Shown in pieces: positions 37,046 to 46,453 of a DNA stretch of 64,000 nt (positions are counted from its first letter, which is position 1; each line of letters begins with the position of its first letter). The stretch is from contig CBDDGB010000002.1 in NCBI GenBank assembly GCA_965227435.1, positions 678,181 through 742,180 of the forward strand, written 5' to 3'. Below the pieces are notes generated by a model. That model was not told the origin of the DNA and did not search any database. It saw only the letters and a list, made by a program, of their open reading frames with translations. The stretch is from Halioglobus sp. (GTDB lineage: Bacteria > Pseudomonadota > Gammaproteobacteria > Pseudomonadales > Halieaceae). Position numbers and translations under genes: made by a program.

Positions 37046-39748
37046 ATGAAACGCCACATACCCCTCGTTGCCCTCGTGTTTATGGCGCTACCGACACTGG
37101 TGGCGTCCCAGCAGCAAGAGGCACTCAGCAAGGACTATGGCCTCGTGGACGCCAACAAGCCGGTGGTGTGCCTGCTGCCGGGGCGCGTGCGCAAACTCGG
37201 TTCCGTTATGACCTACCTGGAGCGCCGCAAGCCCGCGAAGATGACCGCATCAGAGTGCGAAATTCGCGGCGGTGAATACACACTGTACGATCGCGCGAAC
37301 TACGAGAACGCGCTGGCCGTGTGGATGAAAGCCGCCGAGGAAGGCGATGCCACCGCGCAGGTCTACGTGGGAGAAATCTACGAGAAGGGCTGGGTGGGTG
37401 AAGCCGACTTCGCCACCGCATCCACCTGGTATGCCAAGGCGGCGGAACAGGGTGATCGGCGTGCCCAGCGGCGCCTCGCCTATTTCTACGAAAACGGGCT
37501 GGGCGTCGGCGAGGACCGCGACAAGGCCCTCGGACTCTGGCGTACCGCACTTGGCCTGAAGGAGGATCTCGTACTGGCATCTGAGCTGGAAGCGGCCAAG
37601 TCAGAAGCGCAGCGCAAAATCGACTCGCTGGTGGCGCAACTCGAGGAACAGAACATCCAGACCGGTCGCCTGCAGCGCAATCTCGACGAAGTACGTGCCT
37701 CACTCGCAGAACAGTCCCGATCGCTGCAGACAGCGCAGTCAGAGGCGCGCAGGCTCGAACAACAGGTGGTGACGTCCCGCGCAGCGGGAGACAGCGCGCG
37801 GGTGCGGGAACTGGAGGCACAGCTGGCAGCCAGCGAGTCGCAGGTAGAGGAACAGGAAATCGCCATCGAACTACTTGAAGCTGATGTGGCCGCGCAACAG
37901 GCCCAGGTGAGCGCCAGCATGCGCCGCGCCGATGTCCGCGGCAAGCAGCTTGCCAAAGCGCAGGCTGACTTGCTCGCAGAGTCGAGCCGCGGTGCAGCAC
38001 TCCTCAGGCAGCTGAAGGAGAAAGACCAGGCGGTAGATGCGCTTGAACAGCAGGTCGCGGACGCACAAACACAGCTCGCGCAGTCCAAGAGTAGACAGCA
38101 ACAGCTCTCCAACCAGATCTCCACGGCACAGGGCGCAGGCAAGGCGCAACTGGAACAGGAACTCGCCCAGGCGCTCGCCGATGTCCAGAAGCGCGAGCAG
38201 CAGATGCAGACGCTAAAGAGCCAGGCCGCGCAGCAGCGCGCGGCGTTCGACGCCCAGCTCGCCGAATCCAAAATACGAGAAGCGGATCTCGGCACCGAGC
38301 TGGCAAAAAGCCAGCAGGAAAAAGCGCAGCTGGCGAAGCGCCTCTCCAGCACCAATGGCCGACTGGATGCACTGGAGAAAGAGCTTACCGATGCCCGATA
38401 CCAGCTAGTCGACCGGCAAGCGGCGGCCGAGGGCCTGCGTGACGAGCTTGCAGCACTCGGCAGCAATGACAGCGCCGCACGCGAGAGCCTGAATCTCAAA
38501 ATCGCCGAGCAGGAAAAAGCGATCGCCGCGCTTCAGAAAGAACGTGACGACCTGGTGGCCGGCTGGCAGGAAATGGAACAGGAGCGTGACACAGTCCGCT
38601 CAGAGCTATCAGACGAGGTAGACACCACGAGCTGGCTCAACGTGGAGCTGGAATCCGCGAGCAGCAAAATGGCAGGCCTGCGCGACGAACTGAAGGCCGC
38701 CCAGCTGGCACTTGCCGATGCCAACTTCGCTAAAACACAGTTGACGCAAGACCTGGCGCGGATGCAGGAGGACCTGGATCGCAGCGAGCAGCGCAGTGCG
38801 TCCGATCGACGTCTGATGGAACAACAGATGAGCAAACTGCGCGAGCAGCTGGCCGACGTGGACGCGGGCGTGGCTCAGGCTCGTACCGTGGCACTGCGTA
38901 CCGAGAGTGACTTCCAGCGCTTCGGGCAACGCCAACAGTCGCGTGCGCAGGCGCTGAGCGAGGCGCGCCCGCAGGTCGCTTCTATCACGAAGATTCCCAA
39001 GGGCGCACCCAAGGTTCGCTACCGTGCGGTGATCATCGCCAACTATGACTACGACTACCTGCCTGACCTTTCCTCGCCACCGAATGACGCTAACCAGTTG
39101 AAGAAGGTACTGGAACAGGCGTACAACTTCGACGTGAAGGTGCATATCAACCTCAGCCGCTCCGAGATGTACAAGGTGCTCGCCCAGGTCCGCAAGTTCG
39201 ACGAGAAAGATAGCGTGCTGCTGTACTACGTGGGCCACGGCAAGATGGACGAATTCGGTGACGGTTACTGGTTGCCTACCGACTACAGCGCCTCGCGGCC
39301 GCTCGCCGATGCGGTCTCGAGCGCCGACCTGACGCAGACGATGAGCCAGAGCAAGGCCAGACACCTCATGGTGATGGCCGACAGCTGCTATTCCGGCGCG
39401 CTGGCGCGCAATGGAGACCCCACGCTCGCCAAGAGCATCCCCGCCCTGCTCAACTACTGGATGGCAAACAAGTCGCGCACCGTGCTGACGTCTGGCGGCT
39501 TAAAGCCTGTACTGCGTGAGGGCCCAAACAACCACTCCATTTTTGCGAAGGCACTGATGGATGTGCTGCGCGACAACGGCGGCGCTATCAACGGCGAGAT
39601 GCTGCACGCGCAGCTCTACGACAGAGTGCGGGAATCGGCCGCACAGGCCGGCTTCCTCGACCAGAAACCGCAGTTTGCGGCGGTAGAGGACGCAGGGCAT
39701 GAAAACGGCCAGTTCGTGTTCCTGAAGCCGGATACGGTTAGGCTCTAG
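37046..39748 (+). CDS. Exported Sel1-repeat / long coiled-coil / caspase-like (peptidase C14) protein
   Basis: Signal peptide; Sel1 repeats; heptad-rich middle; YYVGHG and ADSCYSG dyad; alternative TTG start 37040. Confidence 0.85.
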   Translation: MKRHIPLVALVFMALPTLVASQQQEALSKDYGLVDANKPVVCLLPGRVRKLGSVMTYLERRKPAKMTASECEIRGGEYTLYDRANYENALAVWMKAAEEGDATAQVYVGEIYEKGWVGEADFATASTWYAKAAEQGDRRAQRRLAYFYENGLGVGEDRDKALGLWRTALGLKEDLVLASELEAAKSEAQRKIDSLVAQLEEQNIQTGRLQRNLDEVRASLAEQSRSLQTAQSEARRLEQQVVTSRAAGDSARVRELEAQLAASESQVEEQEIAIELLEADVAAQQAQVSASMRRADVRGKQLAKAQADLLAESSRGAALLRQLKEKDQAVDALEQQVADAQTQLAQSKSRQQQLSNQISTAQGAGKAQLEQELAQALADVQKREQQMQTLKSQAAQQRAAFDAQLAESKIREADLGTELAKSQQEKAQLAKRLSSTNGRLDALEKELTDARYQLVDRQAAAEGLRDELAALGSNDSAARESLNLKIAEQEKAIAALQKERDDLVAGWQEMEQERDTVRSELSDEVDTTSWLNVELESASSKMAGLRDELKAAQLALADANFAKTQLTQDLARMQEDLDRSEQRSASDRRLMEQQMSKLREQLADVDAGVAQARTVALRTESDFQRFGQRQQSRAQALSEARPQVASITKIPKGAPKVRYRAVIIANYDYDYLPDLSSPPNDANQLKKVLEQAYNFDVKVHINLSRSEMYKVLAQVRKFDEKDSVLLYYVGHGKMDEFGDGYWLPTDYSASRPLADAVSSADLTQTMSQSKARHLMVMADSCYSGALARNGDPTLAKSIPALLNYWMANKSRTVLTSGGLKPVLREGPNNHSIFAKALMDVLRDNGGAINGEMLHAQLYDRVRESAAQAGFLDQKPQFAAVEDAGHENGQFVFLKPDTVRL

Positions 39749-39787
39749 TTATAGAACTAGATAACGCTAGCGGGCCAAGCGGCCCGC
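39744..39787. terminator. Two hairpins between convergent genes (possible terminator)
   Basis: TCTAGTT-ATAG-AACTAGA and GCGGGCC-AAGC-GGCCCGC; no clear U-tract. Confidence 0.4.
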
Positions 39788-39793
39788 CGATCG

Positions 39794-41227
39794 TCAGCGA
39801 TCCTTGTTGCGAATCACCAGGTTGCGGATCTCCGACATATCTTCGATAGCGAAGATGATGCCCTCGCGACCGAGGCCAGAGTCCTTCACACCGCCGTAGG
39901 GCATGTTGTCAACGCGGAACGACGGCACATCGCCGATCACCACGCCACCCACGTCGAGTTCGTCCCAGGCCTTCTGCGCCTTGTACAGGTCGCGCGTGAA
40001 GATGCCCGCTTGCAGACCGAATTTTGAGTCGTTGACATCAGCGAGCGCCGCATCAAAGTCGTCAAACGTGGAGATGCTTGCAACCGGCCCGAACGCCTCC
40101 TCGGTACCGAGTGTGCAGTCTGCGGGAGTATTCTCTACCAGCGTTGGCTCCATCATCACGCCCTCGCGCTTGCCGCCGCACAGTATCGTGCCGCCCTTCT
40201 CCGCTGCCTCGTTTGCCCAGCTCTCCAGGCGCGCGGCATCCTTTTCAGAGATCACCGGCCCGATGAAGGTGTTCTCCTCCTTCGGATCGCCCATGGGCAG
40301 ACTCTCCACCTTGGCCACCAACTTATCCCGCAGTTCGGGGTATATGGACGAGTGCACCATGATGCGCTGCACACTGATACAGCTCTGGCCCGACTGGTAG
40401 AACGCGCCAAACACGATGCGCTCTACCGCGTCATCGATGTCTGCGTCCTCGTCTACGATACAGGCCGCGTTACCGCCGAGCTCAAGCACCACAGGCTTCT
40501 TGCCCGCGCGCGCCTTCAGCGCCCAGCCGACATCGGGTGAGCCGGTAAAGCTGAGCAGCTTGAGCCGGTCGTCCGTCGTCAGCAGGTCCGCGCCATCACG
40601 CGAGGCGGGTAAGATCGAGAAAGCTCCAGCGGGGAGGTCGGTCTCGCCCATCACCTCACCGATCAACAGCGCGCCGATGGGCGTCAGACTGGCCGGCTTC
40701 ATCACGAAGGGGCAACCAATCGCCAGCGCGGGCGCAATCTTGTGCGCCGCGAGGTTAAGCGGAAAGTTAAACGGCGAGATGAACGAACAGGGCCCAATGG
40801 GCACCCGCTTCCACATTGCGCTGTAGCCGCGAGCACGGGGCGAGATCTCCAGATTCATTACCTCGCCGTTGATACGCACCGACTCCTCCGCGGCGATGCG
40901 GAAGGTGTCGATCAGGCGACTCACCTCACCGCGAGCGTCCTTGATCGGCTTGCCCGCTTCCACACAGAGGGAGTAGGCAAACTCTTCGAAGCGCTCGGTG
41001 AAACGCGCCACACAGTGATTCAGGATGTCCTGGCGCTGGTAGGCAGGCATCGTGCGCATGGCGTCGAAGCTGTCATCTGCTGCCGCGATAGCCTGCTCGA
41101 TGGCAGTCGCGTCCGCGAGTGCGACCTTGGTGGCCACCTCCCCGGAGTACTTATCGATGACATCGAGGTCTTCGTTGGCGTAAACGGCCTTGTTCGCCAG
41201 GTAGTAGGGATAGGCTTCCTTCAGCAT
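39794..41227 (-). CDS. NAD(P)-dependent aldehyde dehydrogenase
   Basis: ISPFNFP, SFTGS, LELGGN, GQSCIS, EEAFGP, FGLQAG, GGVKDSG. Confidence 0.95.
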   Translation of the reverse strand: MLKEAYPYYLANKAVYANEDLDVIDKYSGEVATKVALADATAIEQAIAAADDSFDAMRTMPAYQRQDILNHCVARFTERFEEFAYSLCVEAGKPIKDARGEVSRLIDTFRIAAEESVRINGEVMNLEISPRARGYSAMWKRVPIGPCSFISPFNFPLNLAAHKIAPALAIGCPFVMKPASLTPIGALLIGEVMGETDLPAGAFSILPASRDGADLLTTDDRLKLLSFTGSPDVGWALKARAGKKPVVLELGGNAACIVDEDADIDDAVERIVFGAFYQSGQSCISVQRIMVHSSIYPELRDKLVAKVESLPMGDPKEENTFIGPVISEKDAARLESWANEAAEKGGTILCGGKREGVMMEPTLVENTPADCTLGTEEAFGPVASISTFDDFDAALADVNDSKFGLQAGIFTRDLYKAQKAWDELDVGGVVIGDVPSFRVDNMPYGGVKDSGLGREGIIFAIEDMSEIRNLVIRNKDR

Positions 41228-41239
41228 GACCGCTCTCCC

Positions 41240-42886
41240 CTACAGCTCTGCAGCGCGCTGCTGGATTTCGTTGTTGAGGATGCGGTGGTTGTCACTGTAG
41301 TCCACGGGGCAGTCGATCACGTGCACGCCGGGCGTGGTATGGCAGTGCTCCAGCAGCGGGATCAAGCCATCGGCCGATTCAACGCGGTGGCCGTTGGCAC
41401 CGTAGGCCTCTGCGTACTTGATGAAGTCCGGGTTGCCGTAGTCGAGGGCGAAGTTGGGGAAACCGTAGCCCAGCTGCTTCCACTTGATCATGCCATAGGC
41501 ATCGTCCCTGAGGATCAGCACGACAAGGTTCATGTTGAGACGCACGCAGGTCTCCAGCTCCTGCGAGTTCATCATGAAGCCGCCATCGCCGCAGATCGCC
41601 ATGACGCGGCGGTCGGGATACACGAGGCGCGCCGCCATTGCTGAAGGCAGGCCGGCACCCATTGTGGCGAGCGCATTGTCCAGCAGCACTGTATTGGGCT
41701 CTTGCGCGGGGTAGTTGCGCGCAAACCAGATCTTATACACACCATTGTCGAGCGCGATGATGCCGTCGGAGCTCATCACCTGGCGAACGTCCTTGACGAG
41801 ACGCTGGGGATAGATCGGGCAACGGTCGTCCTCGGTGCCCTCAGCGATCTGGTCGATCAGCTTGTCGCGCACGTGCTCGAAGAAGCTGAAGTCCCAGTGT
41901 TCTTGCTTTTCCATGCCCTGGTTGATGCGCCACACCGCGTTGGCGATGTCACCCACTACCTCCAGCTGCGGGAAGTAAACAGGGTCCACCTCGGCGGTGT
42001 TGAAACTCATATGAATGACCTTTACATCGTGGTCGGTCATGAAGAACGGTGGCTTCTCGATCACATCGTGGCCAACGTTCACAATCACGTCCGCCGCGTT
42101 GATTGCACGGTGCACATAATCGTTTGCAGACAGTGCGCAGTTGCCAATGAACTCGGGACGCGTTTCGTCGACAACGCCCTTGCCCATCTGGGTGGTGCAG
42201 AAGGGAATGCCGAGCTTGTCGACCATCTCGGTGAGCATCTTGCTGGTGATCTTGCGATTGGCGCCCGCACCGATGACCAGCAGCGGGCTCTTTGCCTTGG
42301 AGAGCATGTCGATCGCGGCAGCAATGCTCTTGTCTTCCGCAATGGGACGTCGCACCGCGCTGGCCTTGAATGGCTGAAGGTCGACATCTTCTTCGCAGAT
42401 ATCCTCGGGAAACTCGAGGTGAGTTGCACCGGGGCGCTCCTCCTCGGCAAGACGAAACGCCTCACGCACCTTGTTCGGTACGTTGTCGCCACTCACGAGC
42501 TGGTGTGTGAACTTCGTGATCGGCCTCATCATTCCCACGACATCCAGGATCTGGAAAGCGCCCTGCTTGGACGTCTTCACCGGCTTCTGGCCCGTCACCA
42601 TCACCATGGGCATCGCGCCGAGCGTGGCGTATGCAGCGGCCGTAACAAAGTTGGTTGCACCAGGACCGAGGGTTGCCATGCAGACGCCCGCCTTCCCCGT
42701 CAGCCGGCCGTAGGTCGTGGCCATAAAGCCGGCGGCCTGTTCGTGGCGGGTGAGCACCAGTTTGACGTTGGAATTTCGCATGGACTCCAGCATGTCGAGG
42801 TTTTCCTCCCCCGGCACGCCGTAAATGAACTCGACCCCCTCCTCTTCGAGACATTTCACGAACAGGTCTGATGCTTTCATGGGCAA
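41240..42886 (-). CDS. Thiamine-diphosphate enzyme, acetolactate synthase large-subunit-like
   Basis: GVPGEEN, RHEQAA, GPGATN, GDGGFMM..N TPP motif; no small subunit adjacent. Confidence 0.9.
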   Translation of the reverse strand: MPMKASDLFVKCLEEEGVEFIYGVPGEENLDMLESMRNSNVKLVLTRHEQAAGFMATTYGRLTGKAGVCMATLGPGATNFVTAAAYATLGAMPMVMVTGQKPVKTSKQGAFQILDVVGMMRPITKFTHQLVSGDNVPNKVREAFRLAEEERPGATHLEFPEDICEEDVDLQPFKASAVRRPIAEDKSIAAAIDMLSKAKSPLLVIGAGANRKITSKMLTEMVDKLGIPFCTTQMGKGVVDETRPEFIGNCALSANDYVHRAINAADVIVNVGHDVIEKPPFFMTDHDVKVIHMSFNTAEVDPVYFPQLEVVGDIANAVWRINQGMEKQEHWDFSFFEHVRDKLIDQIAEGTEDDRCPIYPQRLVKDVRQVMSSDGIIALDNGVYKIWFARNYPAQEPNTVLLDNALATMGAGLPSAMAARLVYPDRRVMAICGDGGFMMNSQELETCVRLNMNLVVLILRDDAYGMIKWKQLGYGFPNFALDYGNPDFIKYAEAYGANGHRVESADGLIPLLEHCHTTPGVHVIDCPVDYSDNHRILNNEIQQRAAEL

Positions 42887-43118
42887 TATCCTTATATGGC
42901 TAGAGTTTTTTATTCGTGTTCCGACTGCGTAAGTCTAGACGCTATTTGGGCGTTGTGTGGCGTCTAGGCACATTTATTGTCTGCTAATGAGGCAATGCTG
43001 CCGAGCGGGTGAGAACCTCCCTCCAACCGTATGAAATTTAAGCAATTATGGCGGCCCGCCGGGCGCGGTGTTGTGACTGCTCGTTGCCATGCTTCCAGAC
43101 GGGTGGCAGGATAGTCAT

Positions 43119-44327
43119 ATGCCTGCGTTTGACTACAGCGCATCACTCTATCCCGTCCGCGATGACCTCCCAGCGGCGTACAAAAACTACTGGCAAAAAC
43201 TGGCCCAACCTGGCAACTGGTGGAGCGGCGCCGAGCGGGTCGCCATAGCGGAGGAAGTGCGCAATGCGACGCACTGCGAGTTCTGCAAGCGCCGCAAAGC
43301 TTCGCTCTCTCCCTACCAATTCCCCGGCGAGCACGACCACTCAGGTAAGCTACCTGAGGCGGCCGTCGACGCGGTGCACCGGATTATCACCGACCAGAAT
43401 CGCATTACCGGTAATTGGATCGAAGAGCTTGCAAAAGACGGCATCAGTGACGGCCACTTCGTGGAGCTGCTTGGCGTAACGGTCACGGTGTTCAGCATCG
43501 ACGAGTTTAATCGCGGCCTTGGCCTTCCGCTTGAGCCACTCCCAGAGCCAGTACCCGGCGAACCGGACGGTTACCGCCCCGCGAGCGCAGTGCACGACAC
43601 CGGTCACGTCGCCATGGTTCCCTCCAGGGGTCCTTTCAGCGCGCGTGAATCAGGCATGTGGCCACCGGGAAGAAGCGCTAACGTGTTGCGCGCGCTGAGC
43701 CTCGTGCCCGACGCCGTGCGAGACTGGTCAGCCGTCGCGGGCGCGCAATACCTTTCCCTGCCGCAGATGACGCAGTTCAGTGGCGACCTCGGCCGCAGCA
43801 TCGACCGCATGCAGATGGAGGTCGTTGCGGGTCGCGTGTCGTCACACAACGAGTGCTTTTACTGAACTAACTCACACGCGACCATGCTCAGTTTGAGCGC
43901 GGATATCTCGAAACAGGACGTTGATCTCGCCGTAATCAACGGTGAGGGTCACGGTGGCGTCCCCTTCGGTGCCGAACTAGCAGAGTTCGCCGGCGCACTC
44001 GCCAGCCGCGACGAGACCGCATTGGCAACTGCCAGGGATGCTCTCGCGGATGCGGCGGGGTCGGAGGTATTGGTCGATGCCGCTGCCGTTGCGGCCAACT
44101 TCCAGCGCATGGTGCGCATCGCGGACTCCACGGGCATTCCCGCTGACGACCTGGTTCAGGCCATCAGCGGTGATATCGCTGATCAACTGGATCTGAGGCG
44201 GTTTGAATCTGCCGGCAACACGCCGCCACAGTCCGCGTGGCAACGCATCAAGAACGTACCGTTGCGCCTGCTAGCAGGGCTCATTTTGCGCGCCGGCGAC
44301 CGCCGCGCACGCGCGTCTCGCCACTAG
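43119..44327 (+). CDS. AhpD-like alkylhydroperoxidase-related protein, probable selenoprotein (Sec at UGA 43863-43865)
   Basis: ECFY-TGA-TNSH continues in frame into ORF 43884-44327, giving CxxUxxxH; N-terminal CEFC; alternative reading is two ORFs (43119-43865, 43884-44327). Confidence 0.8.
43866..43902 (+). promoter_or_regulatory. Putative bacterial SECIS element
   Basis: Stem GCTCA/TGAGC extended by CC..T/G..GG; loop GTT starts with G, 25 nt after the UGA. Confidence 0.65.
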
Positions 44328-44341
44328 GCTGTCACCAGGGC

Positions 44342-45112
44342 TTACTCACCCTTTTCGCTGCGACCGCGCGCCATGACGTCCTCTCGCCGCTCAGCCAGCG
44401 TGGCGGCAAACGCATTGCGCGCTGATTCGATCGCCTTGGCTTCCTCCCACTTGAGCGCCTCGGCATAGGGCAGCGAGTACCCCTCATCGATCAGCGGCTT
44501 GTAGGCTGCAAGCACCTGGGGGACGCAAGCGCACATATCCTCTGCCATCTTGATTGCCCTCGGCAGGAGTTCATCAGCGGAAAGCACGTGGTTCACGAGC
44601 CCCCACTCGTAGGCCTGGCGGGCAAACACGGGGGCGCCCGTAAAGGAAATCTCCTTGGCACGCGACAGCCCGATAAGACGCGGCAGTTTTTGAGACAACC
44701 CCCAACCCGGCAAAATGCCAACACGCGCGTGAGTATCGGCGAAGCGTGCCTCCTCGGAAGCCACCAGAATGTCACAGGCCAGCGCCATCTCGAAACCGCC
44801 GGTCACCGCGTGGCCATTGATGGCGCCGATGATAGGGCCGGTGAAGGACTCCATAGCACGCGCTATGACATTGTCAGCCTCCTCCGCCGCCGTGCTGTCG
44901 GTAGACGACAGTTCCTTCAGGTCGAAGCCAGCGCAGAACGCGCGACCATTGCCCGTTAGAATCACTACCCGAATACTCTCGTCGCGCACGCATTCATCGA
45001 AGACGTCGACGAAGTCGGCGCGCAACTCACGCGACAGCGCGTTCATTTCGTCCGGGCGGTTGAGCGTGACGATGGCGAAGCCTTCGCGCTTGTCGAGCAG
45101 TACTTTATTCAT
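44342..45112 (-). CDS. Enoyl-CoA hydratase/isomerase family protein
   Basis: VTLNRPDEMNAL, AFCAGFDL, GGFEMALACD, FADTHARVGILPGWG. Confidence 0.93.
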   Translation of the reverse strand: MNKVLLDKREGFAIVTLNRPDEMNALSRELRADFVDVFDECVRDESIRVVILTGNGRAFCAGFDLKELSSTDSTAAEEADNVIARAMESFTGPIIGAINGHAVTGGFEMALACDILVASEEARFADTHARVGILPGWGLSQKLPRLIGLSRAKEISFTGAPVFARQAYEWGLVNHVLSADELLPRAIKMAEDMCACVPQVLAAYKPLIDEGYSLPYAEALKWEEAKAIESARNAFAATLAERREDVMARGRSEKGE

Positions 45113-45113
45113 A

Positions 45114-45953
45114 TCAGCCTCCGAGGTAAGACGGCACGGTCAACAGGTCGAGTTGTTTGGCGATCGCCGGGGCAGCGAGCACCTCCTCAGGATGCCAATC
45201 ATCGTGCGGTTCGTTGTCGGCAAGCCAGGCGACAACGGCGGCAATCGCCTGAGGTGTGCAGGGCTTGTACCGCGCCATGACCTCCTCCGTGATCCCCGCC
45301 GCCTTCATGACCTCGGTAACCACCGTGCCGGGTTCGAGATTGAAGACACGGAGCCCGCGATCGGCATGCTCTACGCGCAAGGCCCCTGCCATGCGCGCAA
45401 ACGCCGCCTTTGAGGATGGGTATGCAAAACCCCAGCCGCCCCTGGCTGCAGGTGCCGGCGGATTGTTGAACGCCGTGTACGACACCATGTTGAGTACTGT
45501 GCCGTTACCGCGCTCTAGCATGCCCGGCAGGAGCTCTCGCACCAACGCCAACGGAGTAAAGACGTTCCCCTGGTAGATGGCATCGAGTTGCGGCCGTGTA
45601 AGCTCGAGGACCGGCTCGAGGTTACCCGTGCCCTGGTACACCGCGTTGTTAAACAGCAGATCGATGTGACCAAACGCAGAGAGCGCCGCCTGGGCCGCTG
45701 CAACAACGCTAGCCTCGTCGAGGATATCGGCACCCAGGCACAGCGCCTCACCACCGGCCTCCTCGACCGCTTTCGCCGTAGCCTCAAGGCTACCGGGTAG
45801 AGGCGCATCGCTGCCCACGTGGTCGTGCTGTTCACCCTCGGTAACCGTACGCGCGGTGATAGCAACCCGATAGCCCGAACGCGCGAGCGCCACCGCAGCC
45901 TCTGCACCAATACCGCGGCTCGCGCCGGTGATAAATGCGGTCTTGTCACTCAT
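45114..45953 (-). CDS. SDR family oxidoreductase
   Basis: TGASRGIG, NNA, YPSSK. Confidence 0.9.
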   Translation of the reverse strand: MSDKTAFITGASRGIGAEAAVALARSGYRVAITARTVTEGEQHDHVGSDAPLPGSLEATAKAVEEAGGEALCLGADILDEASVVAAAQAALSAFGHIDLLFNNAVYQGTGNLEPVLELTRPQLDAIYQGNVFTPLALVRELLPGMLERGNGTVLNMVSYTAFNNPPAPAARGGWGFAYPSSKAAFARMAGALRVEHADRGLRVFNLEPGTVVTEVMKAAGITEEVMARYKPCTPQAIAAVVAWLADNEPHDDWHPEEVLAAPAIAKQLDLLTVPSYLGG

Positions 45954-46396
45954 AGCGTTTCCTCTGCACTGCGCTGAACCAGGCGCTTCAGCGCCGTCAT
46001 GGTGCGATCGAGTTCTTTCTCGCCAAGCAGCGCGGCGTACTCGGCCCAGACGCGTTCCGTTGCCGCACTGAGCTGCGCGATCAAGCGTCTCCCGGCCGGT
46101 GTGAACTCGACCAGCTTGGCGCGGGAATCCGCCGGGTCCTCCGCGCGACTGACGAGGCCCAGTTCTTCCAGTTCGTGAACGCTTTTCATCATGGACTGGG
46201 GTGTGATGCCCGCGGCGGCGGCCAAATCGACGCTGCGGCTGGCGCCGTGTTGCTCAAGGTGCATGAACACCGCCCGATGCCGGTGCCTCAGCCCTGGAAA
46301 ACCCGCCGTGGCGAGGTCCCTGTCCAGCCGTTGGCGAAAATCCCTGAGCGCCAACATCAGCGTCTGCCCAAGCTCACTTTCCGGGTGGCGAGACAT
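45950..46396 (-). CDS. MarR family transcriptional regulator
   Basis: ITPQSMMKSVHELEELGLVSR..DPADSRAKLVEFTPAG; start at ATG 46396. Confidence 0.92.
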   Translation of the reverse strand: MSRHPESELGQTLMLALRDFRQRLDRDLATAGFPGLRHRHRAVFMHLEQHGASRSVDLAAAAGITPQSMMKSVHELEELGLVSRAEDPADSRAKLVEFTPAGRRLIAQLSAATERVWAEYAALLGEKELDRTMTALKRLVQRSAEETL

Positions 46397-46418
46397 TGCG
46401 CACCCCCACTTAATCATC

Positions 46419-46437
46419 TAAACTTATTATAAGTTTA
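46419..46437. promoter_or_regulatory. Perfect 9-1-9 palindrome, putative MarR operator
   Basis: TAAACTTAT-T-ATAAGTTTA in the short divergent intergenic region. Confidence 0.75.
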
Positions 46438-46453
46438 ACTGACTATTTACAGA

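Noticed and set aside
42887-43020. ilv-type attenuator upstream of the ALS-like gene (CTAGACGC...GCGTCTAG stem, 42935-42967)
   Set aside because: No Ile/Leu/Val-rich leader peptide found; stem function unsupported.
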